A stretch of DNA of 64,000 bases from Candidatus Yanofskybacteria bacterium. Lineage in GTDB: Bacteria; Patescibacteriota; Minisyncoccia; 2-02-FULL-40-12; IGHO2-12-FULL-4. Positions within the stretch are counted from its first letter, which is position 1; each line of letters starts with the position of its first letter. Below, piece after piece: positions 27,133 to 36,641 of this stretch. A program made the translations under genes and the position numbers. Location of the stretch: assembly GCA_016185525.1 (NCBI GenBank), contig JACPNK010000002.1:11616-75615 (forward strand), given 5' to 3'. Below the pieces are notes generated by a model that was not told the origin of the DNA, did no database searches, and was given only the letters and a program-made list of their open reading frames with translations.

Positions 27133-27438
27133 ATGTTACAAGATCTTCAGCAAAGAGTTACTGAACTAGAAAAACATCTTGAAGGAATGACGTCAAATTG
27201 GAATCTTTCAATGTCGAGCCATACTGTTACCCAAGGTAGGTTGCGAGCAAAGGAAGAGCAGTTTGAACTTCTTTCTAAAGAGCTGGAGAGAGTTAACTAT
27301 CATGCGGCAGAGTTAAGAGGCCAACTGAATTTAGCAAACAAAAGAGAAGAAGATTTAAAACAAGAAATCAGGGAACTTAAGAATAGATATGACGAGCTGG
27401 TTGATAAATTGTTGGACAGGGTGAATGTTGCCGGGTAA
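27133..27438 (+). CDS. small coiled-coil protein (101 aa), distantly similar to the 4827/5301 paralogs
   Basis: LANKREEDLKQEIRELKNRYDEL versus LNREEKLEKEAVELKERL. A strong terminator follows. Confidence 0.45.
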   Translation: MLQDLQQRVTELEKHLEGMTSNWNLSMSSHTVTQGRLRAKEEQFELLSKELERVNYHAAELRGQLNLANKREEDLKQEIRELKNRYDELVDKLLDRVNVAG

Positions 27439-27451
27439 GAATTGTGTTATA

Positions 27452-27484
27452 AAGTGCGCTTTGACTGGACGCACTTTTTATTTT
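27452..27484 (+). terminator. intrinsic terminator
   Basis: aagtgcg-ctttgactgga-cgcactt hairpin plus a T-run. Confidence 0.65.
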
Positions 27485-27510
27485 GCGCAAATTGTTCTAA
27501 GCTTTGACTG

Positions 27511-28791
27511 ATGTTCAGAGAAAATAAAGTGTTGGAAAAATTACTTAATTTTGGTCGAAGGATTATTCCAAAGAAATTTTTTAAAGCCGGACAGCCGGTT
27601 TATCATTGGGGACTGGCTTGGGCGGGGGCTTTAATTTACGGTTTCCCTTCGCGCTCAATGAAGGTTGTCGGAGTAACGGGGACTAAGGGCAAATCAACGA
27701 CAGTTTTTTTGATTGCTAAAATTTTTGAAGAAGCGGGATTGCCGGTGGCTATGATTGGCTCGTTGGGATACAAAATCAAAGAAAAAGAGTGGCCCAATAC
27801 TTTGAAGATGACTATGCCCGGCAGACTCAAGATTCAGCAGTTTTTATATCGGGCAAAAAATGCCGGTTGTAAATATGTGGTCTTGGAGATTACCTCCGAG
27901 GGCATAAAACAAAAAAGACATCTGGGAATTAAATTTGATTCGGCGGTCTTGACCAATATCTACAAAGAACACATTGAAAACCACGGTTCTTTTGAGAACT
28001 ATGTCAGGGCCAAGGAACGGCTTTTTAAAAAAACAAAACTCACTCACATTCTTAATGAAGATGAACCATTACTTGAAAGGTTTAAAAAGTTCAAGTCAAA
28101 CAAAAAAATTTTGTATGGCTGGCATGACTGGGAGAAGTTGGGCTTGTCCACCGAGTTGAAGGGGGATTTTAACAAATACAATATTCTGGCGGCGATAGCA
28201 GTGGCTGAAAACTATGGAATCAGTCTGGATGTTATAAAAAAAGCTTTGGCAAAAGTTCACTTAATTCCCGGAAGGATGGAGTTTGTGGATGCCGGCCAGC
28301 CTTTCAAAGTCGTGGTTGACTACGCTCATACGCCTGATAGTTTAGATATGGTTTATGATACTTTGAAAAAAGACTTGTCGCCAAACGGCAGATTGATTTG
28401 CGTGCTCGGGGCGGCGGGTGGCGGCAGGGACAAATGGAAGAGGCCGGAGTTTGGCAGAATTGCGGCAAAGTATTGCGATGAAATTGTTTTAACTAATGAA
28501 GACCCTTATGATGAAAATCCGCTTGAAATTGTAAAACAAATTGAAAGCGGATTTTCAAAAAATCCAAATGACCCGCCTACGCCGAGGCTTCAGCGGGCAG
28601 GCAAAATCCAAATGACAAAATATGAAAAAATTTTGGATCGAAAAGAGGCGATTAAAAAAGCCTTGACTTCAGCCAAAGAAGGTGATACCGTCGTGATAAC
28701 GGGCAAGGGGTCAGAAACCTCCATGGCGGTTGCCGGAGGCCAAAAGATTTCTTGGTCCGATAAGGAAGTGGTGGAAGAACTTTTAAAATAA
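27511..28791 (+). CDS. murE: Mur ligase family protein, probably UDP-MurNAc-L-Ala-D-Glu:diamino-acid ligase
   Basis: GVTGTKGKSTT P-loop, DYAHTPDSL and a Mur ligase C-domain. It is shorter than the canonical MurE. Confidence 0.7.
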   Translation: MFRENKVLEKLLNFGRRIIPKKFFKAGQPVYHWGLAWAGALIYGFPSRSMKVVGVTGTKGKSTTVFLIAKIFEEAGLPVAMIGSLGYKIKEKEWPNTLKMTMPGRLKIQQFLYRAKNAGCKYVVLEITSEGIKQKRHLGIKFDSAVLTNIYKEHIENHGSFENYVRAKERLFKKTKLTHILNEDEPLLERFKKFKSNKKILYGWHDWEKLGLSTELKGDFNKYNILAAIAVAENYGISLDVIKKALAKVHLIPGRMEFVDAGQPFKVVVDYAHTPDSLDMVYDTLKKDLSPNGRLICVLGAAGGGRDKWKRPEFGRIAAKYCDEIVLTNEDPYDENPLEIVKQIESGFSKNPNDPPTPRLQRAGKIQMTKYEKILDRKEAIKKALTSAKEGDTVVITGKGSETSMAVAGGQKISWSDKEVVEELLK

Positions 28792-28806
28792 AAAAGGAGA
28801 AAAAAG

Positions 28807-29190
28807 ATGGAAGGTTTTTTGGTGTTTCTTTTATTTTTGGGACTATTTGTGAACTTTGTGATTTTAGTGAAGGCGGCTGTCGGGGACGATGATGTTTATA
28901 ATTTAGTTTTTTCGTTTTTAGGCATTATTTTTTTAGCCATCGTTTTGGTCAAAGCTCCTTTCAGTGGAGAGCCGTCTAAGGAGATACACAACGGCGTTTA
29001 CGAGGTTTCTTTTATTCAGGAAAGAGGCCCAGACGTGGTTTTGGGTCTTGAGGGTAAGGAAAACAAAACAGAAAGAAATTTAAGAGTTTATATTTTCCCC
29101 AAAGACGCATTTTCCGGGGAGATAAAAAAAGAATCAAAACAACTGAGAGTTTCCGAGACCGGCGATTTCAGAAAACTAGTTTTGGAGTAA
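28807..29190 (+). CDS. hypothetical small membrane protein
   Basis: Two N-terminal hydrophobic helices and an SD aaaaggagaaaaaag upstream. Confidence 0.4.
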   Translation: MEGFLVFLLFLGLFVNFVILVKAAVGDDDVYNLVFSFLGIIFLAIVLVKAPFSGEPSKEIHNGVYEVSFIQERGPDVVLGLEGKENKTERNLRVYIFPKDAFSGEIKKESKQLRVSETGDFRKLVLE

Positions 29191-29217
29191 GCGGGCTAAA
29201 AACCCGCCTTTTGTTTG
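29191..29217 (+). terminator. intrinsic terminator
   Basis: gcggg-ctaaaaa-cccgc hairpin plus a T-run. Confidence 0.6.
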
Positions 29218-29283
29218 CAAAATTTTTTCAATCTGTTAACTTATTTTCATTAAGTCGGACCTTAAAAAACTAGGAGCGGCTGT

Positions 29284-29787
29284 TTGGAGACAGAGACAAT
29301 TCCGGTTTTTGTTTTTTTGGATGAGAATATTGCGAATATGGATGAAAAAATTCTGGAATTTTTTCAAGAAGAAACCGATGAAAAGTTTGATTTTTTCACC
29401 TTGTTTTTCCCGCCCTTTCCGATAAAGACAAAGCCCAGCGGTAAGAAAAAGGGCAATAAGGACTATCAGGTAATGCAACTTGCCAGACAAAGCCTCTTTT
29501 CCAACAAGCATATCTTGAAATGTTTGTTTCAGGATGCTAAACCAAGATTTGTGTTTTTAACAAGAGACCGTGATTTTTTAGAAGATGTTATGAAAGAGAA
29601 AAAAGAAGACAACCAGCAAATTGGCGGGATAATCATGCCCGCAGAAAATAAAGTTTTATTTATTGAAAAAGAATTATCCATCCCGCTTTCTATTGTTTGG
29701 GTTAAACACGGGCAAAACGTTGGAAGCAGGGCAATGTCGACGGCCGTATCGCAAACGCTAAAAAACTTTCTAGTCAAACATTCTTAA
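29284..29787 (+). CDS. hypothetical cytoplasmic protein (TTG start; alternative ATG at 29339)
   Basis: ORF with aggag 8 nt upstream of the TTG. No motifs recognised. Confidence 0.35.
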   Translation: METETIPVFVFLDENIANMDEKILEFFQEETDEKFDFFTLFFPPFPIKTKPSGKKKGNKDYQVMQLARQSLFSNKHILKCLFQDAKPRFVFLTRDRDFLEDVMKEKKEDNQQIGGIIMPAENKVLFIEKELSIPLSIVWVKHGQNVGSRAMSTAVSQTLKNFLVKHS

Positions 29788-29816
29788 TCCCGCCATTTTC
29801 GGGATTTTGTTTTTTG
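29787..29816 (+). terminator. intrinsic terminator
   Basis: atcccg-ccattttc-gggat hairpin plus a T-run. Confidence 0.6.
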
Positions 29817-29870
29817 TGTAAATTTAGTATTATTTATCAAGAGGATTACCCGCACAAATAACCGGATACC

Positions 29871-30323
29871 ATGCCATCAATAAAACAAAAGTTATTGGAC
29901 AGATCGGAAAACCTTGAACCCAAGGGGTTGTCTTGGATTTTGGTTGTTTTGCTTTTAATCTTACTGTCGGTCGCAATTACCTATTTTGGCGCCAGCAGCC
30001 CGGACTCTTTTTCATCATCAGCCAGTCCCGGAGTTTCCAGCCGGCCGCCCCGCAGTTACTCCGTGTTTTACAGCGGGGGGGTTTTTAGTCCTACCAACCT
30101 AAGGATTCACCAAGGCGATTCTGTTCAGTTTCAAAACAAAAGCTTTTTTCCGATAAAAGTGGCATCGCAGGACTCTTCCAGAAGTTCTGAAAACTTGGGT
30201 TTTCAAACGAGCAAAGAAATTCTTCCCAACCAGGAGTTTTCATATATTTTTCAGTCTGCCGGTATTTTCAATTACTACAACGAAAGAAATCCGAATGAGG
30301 CGGGTACAATCATAATTAAGTAG
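29871..30323 (+). CDS. hypothetical secreted or membrane-anchored protein, Ser-rich linker, beta-rich C-domain
   Basis: N-terminal TM and an SSSASPGVSSRPP linker. The C-domain pattern is cupredoxin-like but lacks obvious Cu ligands. Confidence 0.4.
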   Translation: MPSIKQKLLDRSENLEPKGLSWILVVLLLILLSVAITYFGASSPDSFSSSASPGVSSRPPRSYSVFYSGGVFSPTNLRIHQGDSVQFQNKSFFPIKVASQDSSRSSENLGFQTSKEILPNQEFSYIFQSAGIFNYYNERNPNEAGTIIIK

Positions 30324-30333
30324 TAAACCAACT

Positions 30334-30630
30334 ATGAAAAACCCCTTAACTCTCAAAGTGGAGTCATCGCTGGGCATAGTTCTTTTAGCTTGCCTCGCGT
30401 TGTTTTTTATCTCCTTCTTTTTTATTGTCATGAAAAATTTTAACTTGGATGTGGATGCGGAGATTTTACAGGCTAGCAACATAAAAAGAATTAAAGTAGT
30501 TTCCGGGCCGGAGAGGGAACTCATAGACGGTTGGTTGAAAGGTAACACCTCGGTGATTATTTTACCTGAAAGTGAAAGTAAATACCGGTATATTTTGCAC
30601 AAATATCCCGATAAACCTTGGGCTAAATGA
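30334..30630 (+). CDS. hypothetical small membrane protein
   Basis: One TM helix. It overlaps the next gene by 4 nt, which suggests translational coupling. Confidence 0.35.
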   Translation: MKNPLTLKVESSLGIVLLACLALFFISFFFIVMKNFNLDVDAEILQASNIKRIKVVSGPERELIDGWLKGNTSVIILPESESKYRYILHKYPDKPWAK

Positions 30631-31445
30631 TTCTAAAGGGTTTAATTTTATTTGCATCAGCGCAGATTTTGGGGCTTTTAACGGCCCAGCGTTATTTGTC
30701 TGCTTTGCAGTCTGCCAATTTGTCTCTTCCCGGTTTGAAGTTTTCTTTCTGGGATATTTTTGTTTCTTCCGCGATACTTTTGATTTTTATTTTTTTTGTT
30801 TTCAGGCAAGGCAGGCCAAGCCGGATTTTTTTTAAAATTTTTCTTTGGCTGGTTATTTTTAGCGGTTCGCAGATAGTTTTTTCTGTTTTTCTTTCACCGA
30901 CAGTTGCCTTGATTGTGTTTGTTTTGTTTTTGATCTTAGTTTTAGCGATACCTAGAGTTGCGATTCAAAATTTGGCTGTGATTTTAGGCATTACTGGCAT
31001 TAGTTCTATGCTGGGCCTTAGCCTCACACCCATGACGGCGGTTATACTTTTAGCTTTGTTTTCCGTTTATGACATTATTGCCGTGTATTTTACCGGACAT
31101 ATGATAAAAATGGCCGAGAATATGATCCAGTCAAAGGCAATTTTTGGGCTAATCATTCCAAACAAGTTTTCAGATTTTAAAGAAAAAACTGGGAAGATGA
31201 GGCTGGGAGAACAATTCATGATCTTGGGAAGCGGGGATGTGGCCCTGCCTTTAATTTTAGTTTCCTCACTTGTCAGGGTTTCTTTGTCGCAGGCTTGGCT
31301 AGTGGCGGGTTTTGCTGTTGTTGGTTTTGTCGTTACCCATCTTTTATTTGCAAATCAAAAAGAAAGAAGGCCGATGGCCGCTTTGCCGCCCATTGCGGCA
31401 ATGTCAATTTTAGGATATTTGATTACCAACTTTTTTATATGGTGA
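30627..31445 (+). CDS. presenilin/signal-peptide-peptidase-like intramembrane aspartyl protease (A22 family-like)
   Basis: Polytopic membrane protein with LFSVYDIIAVYFTGHMIKMAE (YD motif followed by HM...AE as in archaeal PSH), MILGSGDVALPL (GxGD) and AALPPIA (PAL-like) in the canonical order. Confidence 0.6.
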   Translation: MILKGLILFASAQILGLLTAQRYLSALQSANLSLPGLKFSFWDIFVSSAILLIFIFFVFRQGRPSRIFFKIFLWLVIFSGSQIVFSVFLSPTVALIVFVLFLILVLAIPRVAIQNLAVILGITGISSMLGLSLTPMTAVILLALFSVYDIIAVYFTGHMIKMAENMIQSKAIFGLIIPNKFSDFKEKTGKMRLGEQFMILGSGDVALPLILVSSLVRVSLSQAWLVAGFAVVGFVVTHLLFANQKERRPMAALPPIAAMSILGYLITNFFIW

Positions 31446-31453
31446 CTTACCAA

Positions 31454-31613
31454 AGCACAGCAGATACAGTCTTTGAGGTCGCTGTGAGCCTGCGGTTTGC
31501 TTGGTTGGCTGGAGTATAATTATTCTGTAACTCCAGCCAAAACCCAGACGAACAGCGAGTGAGTCTGCCGCTGGAGCAGACGAAGGTACCGAAAAGACTG
31601 TATCCGCGAAGCT
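31454..31613 (-). repeat. structured repeat family B, copy 3 (inverted orientation)
   Basis: Its reverse complement aligns along the whole length with the copies at 55001 and 25271. Confidence 0.6.
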
Positions 31614-31630
31614 TTGCTGGGACAGCTTTT

Positions 31631-33013
31631 ATGAAAATAACTTTTTTTGGCGGGGCAATGTCGGTGACGGGAGCAAATTATTTGCTTGATTTCGGCTCCA
31701 AAAAAATTTTAGTTGACTGCGGGCTTTTTCAAGGTTCAAAATACGCGGAAGAGTTGAACTACTCTGATTTTAAATACGATCCCAAGACGATTGACTTTGT
31801 TTTTTTGACCCACAGCCACACTGACCACATCGGCAGACTTCCCAAACTTTACAGGGAGGGTTTTAGGGGCAAGGTTTTTACCACCAAACCGACAAAAGAT
31901 TTGATGGCAAGGGCTTTTCCTGATAATTGGAGGCTGGTGGCCGAAGAAGCTAAAAAAGACAACCATGAACCTCTTTACGAAATTGAAGATATTGAGGCGG
32001 TAATGGAACTGGTCGAGGGCGTTGATTATTACCAGAGGATTAAGATATCAGAAGATGTTGCCGTTACTTTTTTAAACGCCGGCCACATTCTTGGTTCGGC
32101 AATAATTTGTTTTGATTATAAAGAAAGCGGCGAAACCGAGAAGATTTATTTTAGCGGTGACTTGGGCAATTCGCCTTCACTTCTTTTGCCGGATAAAGAT
32201 TTTGTCAAAGATGCCGGCTATGTAGTGACCGAGTCGGCTTACGGAAGCAGAGTCCACGAAGATGTTGACCAAAGAAGTAAAGTTTTCAGAGAGGTTGTTG
32301 AGCATGTTATTCATAGCGGCGGCACTCTGATGATTCCGTCATTTGCCATTGAAAGGACGCAGGAGATGCTTTTTGAAATAAACAAACTTTTGAATACCGG
32401 TGTTATTCCCCAACTGCCGGTTTTTATTGACAGTCCTTTGGCGGCTAAAATGACCGAAGTTTACGCTCAATACCCGGATTATTTAAAAAAAGAAGCGCAC
32501 CAGTTCGGAAAAAATATTTTTAACTTTCCGAGTCTGCGCTACACCGAAACTACAGCGGATTCAAAAAACATAAACGACGTGCCGTCGCCAAAAATTATCA
32601 TTGCCGGTTCGGGGATGTCAAACGGCGGCCGAATTTTGCATCATGAACGAAGATATCTTTCCGACCCGAACAGCGCTATTGTTTTTGTCGGCTACCAAGT
32701 TGAAGGCAGTTTGGGCCGGAAAATTTTGGACAGTTCGACGGGCTCACTACGAGTCGGCCAGACGGAAGTCAAAATTTTCGGAGAAAATATCCCGGTCCGC
32801 TGTTTGGTCAAGGGTATTGGCGGTTACTCCGCTCATGCCGACCAATTGGCGCTGACCGAATGGGTTCGCAGGGCCAATCAGGCAAAGAAACTCAAGAAAG
32901 TTTTTGTAGTTCAAGGCGAAGAAAGCTCGGCTAAAGCGCTGACAGAAATTATCAAAAGCCGAGTTCATGTTGACACGATTGTGCCTATACCCGAAGAAGA
33001 GTTTGAATTATAA
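31631..33013 (+). CDS. MBL-fold beta-CASP ribonuclease (RNase J/CPSF-like)
   Basis: HSHTDHIGRLP (HxHxDH) followed by beta-CASP and C-terminal motifs. The start is moved to MKITFFGG because the track's N-terminal 24 codons are repeat-derived. Confidence 0.7.
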   Translation: MKITFFGGAMSVTGANYLLDFGSKKILVDCGLFQGSKYAEELNYSDFKYDPKTIDFVFLTHSHTDHIGRLPKLYREGFRGKVFTTKPTKDLMARAFPDNWRLVAEEAKKDNHEPLYEIEDIEAVMELVEGVDYYQRIKISEDVAVTFLNAGHILGSAIICFDYKESGETEKIYFSGDLGNSPSLLLPDKDFVKDAGYVVTESAYGSRVHEDVDQRSKVFREVVEHVIHSGGTLMIPSFAIERTQEMLFEINKLLNTGVIPQLPVFIDSPLAAKMTEVYAQYPDYLKKEAHQFGKNIFNFPSLRYTETTADSKNINDVPSPKIIIAGSGMSNGGRILHHERRYLSDPNSAIVFVGYQVEGSLGRKILDSSTGSLRVGQTEVKIFGENIPVRCLVKGIGGYSAHADQLALTEWVRRANQAKKLKKVFVVQGEESSAKALTEIIKSRVHVDTIVPIPEEEFEL

Positions 33014-33069
33014 ACTAAACTGTGTTATTGTTCTAATCGCATACTCGTTAAGTTAAAAAGGGGAAACTT

Positions 33070-33402
33070 TTGAATAAGTTTAGAGAAGTTTTTTTTAGTG
33101 GTTTGTTTGTGGCCGTTGTGTTGGTGACCATCTGGTTTCTTGGGCCAGGAAGCACGAGAATTAACTTTCGTTACGGGTATTATATAAGAGGGCTTAAAGA
33201 AAAAACTGTGGTTGTTCTTGCTTATAACCCGGAATTAGTCAGCTCATTTAGTTTTCATTATTCGACGACTGACGACATGGTATCTCCTGAAATCTTGTTT
33301 ATTTTCAAAGATAAAGAAACTTTTACTCAAGCCGGGCTTATGTTACAAACAGCAGTTAATGACATAGAAAAAGTAACCTCGTCTTCTCGGTCTTCTCGTT
33401 AA
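33070..33402 (+). CDS. hypothetical protein with N-terminal TM (TTG start)
   Basis: ORF with an SD aaaagggga. No family recognised. Confidence 0.35.
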   Translation: MNKFREVFFSGLFVAVVLVTIWFLGPGSTRINFRYGYYIRGLKEKTVVVLAYNPELVSSFSFHYSTTDDMVSPEILFIFKDKETFTQAGLMLQTAVNDIEKVTSSSRSSR

Positions 33403-33426
33403 TTCCCCTGTGGGGAATTTTTATTG
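33403..33426 (+). terminator. intrinsic terminator
   Basis: ttcccc-tgt-ggggaa hairpin plus a T-run. Confidence 0.6.
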
Positions 33427-33457
33427 TTTGATTTTTAAAAAGTTGTTATTATTGTCT

Positions 33458-33485
33458 TAATACTTAATACTTAATACTTAATACT
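33458..33485. repeat. heptanucleotide microsatellite (TTAATAC)x4 in the promoter region of the LOG-family gene
   Basis: Read directly from the sequence. It ends 6 nt before the ATG at 33492. Confidence 0.7.
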
Positions 33486-33491
33486 TAACAT

Positions 33492-34106
33492 ATGCTTTAT
33501 AAATTCGTAGTGTCAGGTTCGGCGGATATCGGGGAATGCGCGGTCGGAGGAAAAGACTGTGGTATTTGCTCGCCGGACGTCCAAATAAAAAGTGAGGAAA
33601 TAGGCCGTGAGATAGTCCGGCAGGGCGGTATTTTGATTACCGGCGCCACTACCGGCGCGCCATATGCGGCGGCAAAAGGCGCCAAAGAAGAAGGCGGCGT
33701 CAGTGTCGGCATTTCACCGGCGGCGACTTATGCCGAACATGTCAAATCATACCGTCTGCCGACCGACTATTTTGATTTTATAATTTATACCGGTTTCAAT
33801 TACTCCGGGCGCAACTTGATTCTTACCAAATCAGCCGATGCGGTCATCATATCCTGCGGCGGATTCGGCACGCTTAATGAATTTACCATTGCTTTGGAGG
33901 ATAACAAACCAATCGGCATTTTAGTTGGCAGCGGCGGCGCTACCGATGAAATCGCCCGTCTCTTGGAAAATATCAAAGACCCGCACAAACATGGCAAGGG
34001 CAGGGTTGTTTTCAGCGAAAGCCCGAAAGAACTTGTTTCAAAACTCGTAGAGTTGATAGAAAAAGAGTACAAAATTTCAAAAGCGCCAAAACATACAGGA
34101 GAGTGA
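33492..34106 (+). CDS. LOG/TIGR00725-family Rossmann-fold protein (putative nucleotide-binding SLOG)
   Basis: ILITGATTGAPYAAAKGAKEEGGVSVGISP and SCGGFGTLNEF motifs. Confidence 0.55.
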   Translation: MLYKFVVSGSADIGECAVGGKDCGICSPDVQIKSEEIGREIVRQGGILITGATTGAPYAAAKGAKEEGGVSVGISPAATYAEHVKSYRLPTDYFDFIIYTGFNYSGRNLILTKSADAVIISCGGFGTLNEFTIALEDNKPIGILVGSGGATDEIARLLENIKDPHKHGKGRVVFSESPKELVSKLVELIEKEYKISKAPKHTGE

Positions 34107-34279
34107 CCGTCCTGAGGACAGTCCTCCGGATTACTTCTTCTAATTACGTTTCCGATTATCAGGCTTCGTTGACTGCCCAACCTCGGTTTTCAATTTCGGC
34201 AGCCAAGAGACCCATGGATTTCTACGAGTTACGTTAGCACTCTTGACACGAGAGTGCTAATTGTTAAAATAGAACCATT

Positions 34280-36604
34280 ATGATTTCAAACAATAACTTT
34301 TCCAACAGCGAACTGCCTTTGATGGCTTTAAAAAATGTGGCTCTGTTTCCTCGCATTGCCATGCCTCTTGTGGTGCAAAGGTCTAAATCGGTTGCCGCTT
34401 TGGAGCAGGCTTTGTCTGCTAATAACGGCCAGGTTATTTTTGTTGCCCAAAGAAATCTGCAAGATAACGCCGGTCCCAAAGACTTGTTTAAAATCGGCAC
34501 GATTGGCCGCATTATTTCAGCTAACCGTTTATCTGACGGTTCCTTTAAAATTGAAGCGGAGGGCATAAGAAGAGTCAAAATTTTGCAGTTTATACAGGAA
34601 GAGCCCTTTTTTAAAGCTAAGACAGAGCCAGTTGAGTTGAAGTATCAAGAAAGTGTTGAAAGCGAAGCTTTGATTAGGACAATTATTGAGCAGTTTAGAA
34701 AAGTTACTGAAGCCAAAATATTTTCTTCGGTTTTGCCGTCTTTCCTGTTTACTCTTGGACAGATAAAAGAACCGGAGCAACTAGTCAACCTCATAGCCGT
34801 TAATTTGAATTTGGACTTGGTAGATCAGCAGTACATTTTAGAAACGCCGGATCTAAACGAGGCTCTGAAAAGAATAAGTTTTTTTCTGACCAGAGAATTG
34901 GAGATTTTAGAAGCGGAAAAAAAGGTTGCCAAAGAGACCAAGAAGCAGCTTGGCAAAATGCAAAAAGAAATCTTTTTGCGCGAACAACTGAAAAGCATAG
35001 AAAAAGAATTGGGTATGGAAGGAGAAAAAGGCGAATATGAACAGCTTAGAGCCAAGATAAAGAAGTCGGGAATGCCCAAAGAAGTTGAAAAGAAGGCCAA
35101 CAAAGAATTGAATCGTCTGGAAAAAATGCCCATGTTTAGTCCGGAGATTTCTTATCTGCGCACTTATCTTGATTGGCTGGTTGAGTTGCCCTGGTCGGTG
35201 AGCACCAGGAAGTCACTGGTTCTAAAGCAGGCTGAAAAAGTTTTGAATAGAGACCATTACGGATTGGATAAAGTCAAGGAAAGAATTTTAGAGTATCTGG
35301 CTGTGCAAAAACAGGTCGGTAAAGTTAAGGGTCCGATTCTTTGTTTTATCGGTCCGCCCGGAACGGGAAAAACTTCAATCGGGCGTTCCATTGCCAACGC
35401 TTTGGGTCGGAAGTTTGTCAGAGTGTCTTTGGGCGGACTTCATGACGAAGCTGAATTAAGAGGCCACCGCAGGACTTATGTCGGTGCTTTGCCGGGCAGA
35501 ATCATACAAGGCATACATACGGCGGGAGCCAAAGACCCCGTTTTTATGCTGGATGAAATAGATAAGATAGGCCAGGATTTCAGGGGCGATCCGGCGGCGG
35601 CTCTGCTTGAGGCTCTTGATCCGGAACAAAATTTTTCCTTTTCAGATAACTATTTGGAGGTGCTTTTTGACTTGTCTGATGTTATTTTCATAACTACAGC
35701 CAACAGACTGGACACAATTCCGCCGGCTCTTAGAGATCGACTGGAGATAATTGAATTTCCCGGTTACACCGAAGATGAAAAACTTTACATAGCCAAAAAG
35801 TTTCTTATTCCAAAGCTTTTCGGTCAGCATGGTCTTAAAACAACCACCTTTTCCATGAGTGATGAGATTATTTTGGACATTGTAAGAAAGCATACCAGTG
35901 AGGCTGGTGTCAGGGAACTGGAAAGGAAACTGGCTACTGTTTTCAGAAAAGTCACAAGACGGGTTGTGGAGAGTGGTCCAAAAGACAGACTTGTTGTAAA
36001 TGACAAAACTCTGCATCAGTTTCTGGGGCCCGCCAGATACACTCACCAACAGGGAGAAAAAAAGGATGAGATTGGTGTGGCAACCGGACTCGCTTGGACG
36101 CCTGTTGGCGGGGAGGTTTTGTCGGTTGAAGCGACAAAAATGCCCGGCAAGGGCAGATTGATATTGACCGGACATTTGGGAGAGGTTATGAAAGAGTCGG
36201 TCAGCGCCGCTTTGAGTTATGTGCGGTCCAGCGCTGAAAAGTTGAAAATTAAAAACGACTTTTACAAAGAAGATATACATATCCATATTCCTTCAGGGGC
36301 CATTCCCAAAGACGGGCCGTCGGCTGGCGTAGCTATGATTACAGCTATTGTTTCTATGCTTACCAAAAAACCGGTTCGCAAGGATGTCGGAATGACGGGG
36401 GAAATAACTTTGCGTGGCAAGGTTTTGGAAATAGGGGGAATAAAAGAAAAAGTCTTGGCGGCGCACAGAGCCGGCCTAAAAATTATTATTGTTCCGGAAG
36501 AAAACAAAAAGGACTTGGAAGATATCCCAGCCAAGATAAGAAAAGCTCTTAAATTTGTTTTTGCCCAAAGCGTTGATGACGTCTTGAAAGAAGCTTTAAA
36601 GTGA
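34280..36604 (+). CDS. lon: ATP-dependent Lon protease
   Basis: LON N-domain, AAA+ GPPGTGKTS and a protease domain PKDGPSAG. Confidence 0.9.
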   Translation: MISNNNFSNSELPLMALKNVALFPRIAMPLVVQRSKSVAALEQALSANNGQVIFVAQRNLQDNAGPKDLFKIGTIGRIISANRLSDGSFKIEAEGIRRVKILQFIQEEPFFKAKTEPVELKYQESVESEALIRTIIEQFRKVTEAKIFSSVLPSFLFTLGQIKEPEQLVNLIAVNLNLDLVDQQYILETPDLNEALKRISFFLTRELEILEAEKKVAKETKKQLGKMQKEIFLREQLKSIEKELGMEGEKGEYEQLRAKIKKSGMPKEVEKKANKELNRLEKMPMFSPEISYLRTYLDWLVELPWSVSTRKSLVLKQAEKVLNRDHYGLDKVKERILEYLAVQKQVGKVKGPILCFIGPPGTGKTSIGRSIANALGRKFVRVSLGGLHDEAELRGHRRTYVGALPGRIIQGIHTAGAKDPVFMLDEIDKIGQDFRGDPAAALLEALDPEQNFSFSDNYLEVLFDLSDVIFITTANRLDTIPPALRDRLEIIEFPGYTEDEKLYIAKKFLIPKLFGQHGLKTTTFSMSDEIILDIVRKHTSEAGVRELERKLATVFRKVTRRVVESGPKDRLVVNDKTLHQFLGPARYTHQQGEKKDEIGVATGLAWTPVGGEVLSVEATKMPGKGRLILTGHLGEVMKESVSAALSYVRSSAEKLKIKNDFYKEDIHIHIPSGAIPKDGPSAGVAMITAIVSMLTKKPVRKDVGMTGEITLRGKVLEIGGIKEKVLAAHRAGLKIIIVPEENKKDLEDIPAKIRKALKFVFAQSVDDVLKEALK

Positions 36605-36641
36605 GAGATAATAGTAATGTCCAAATAACTTAAGCATTACT

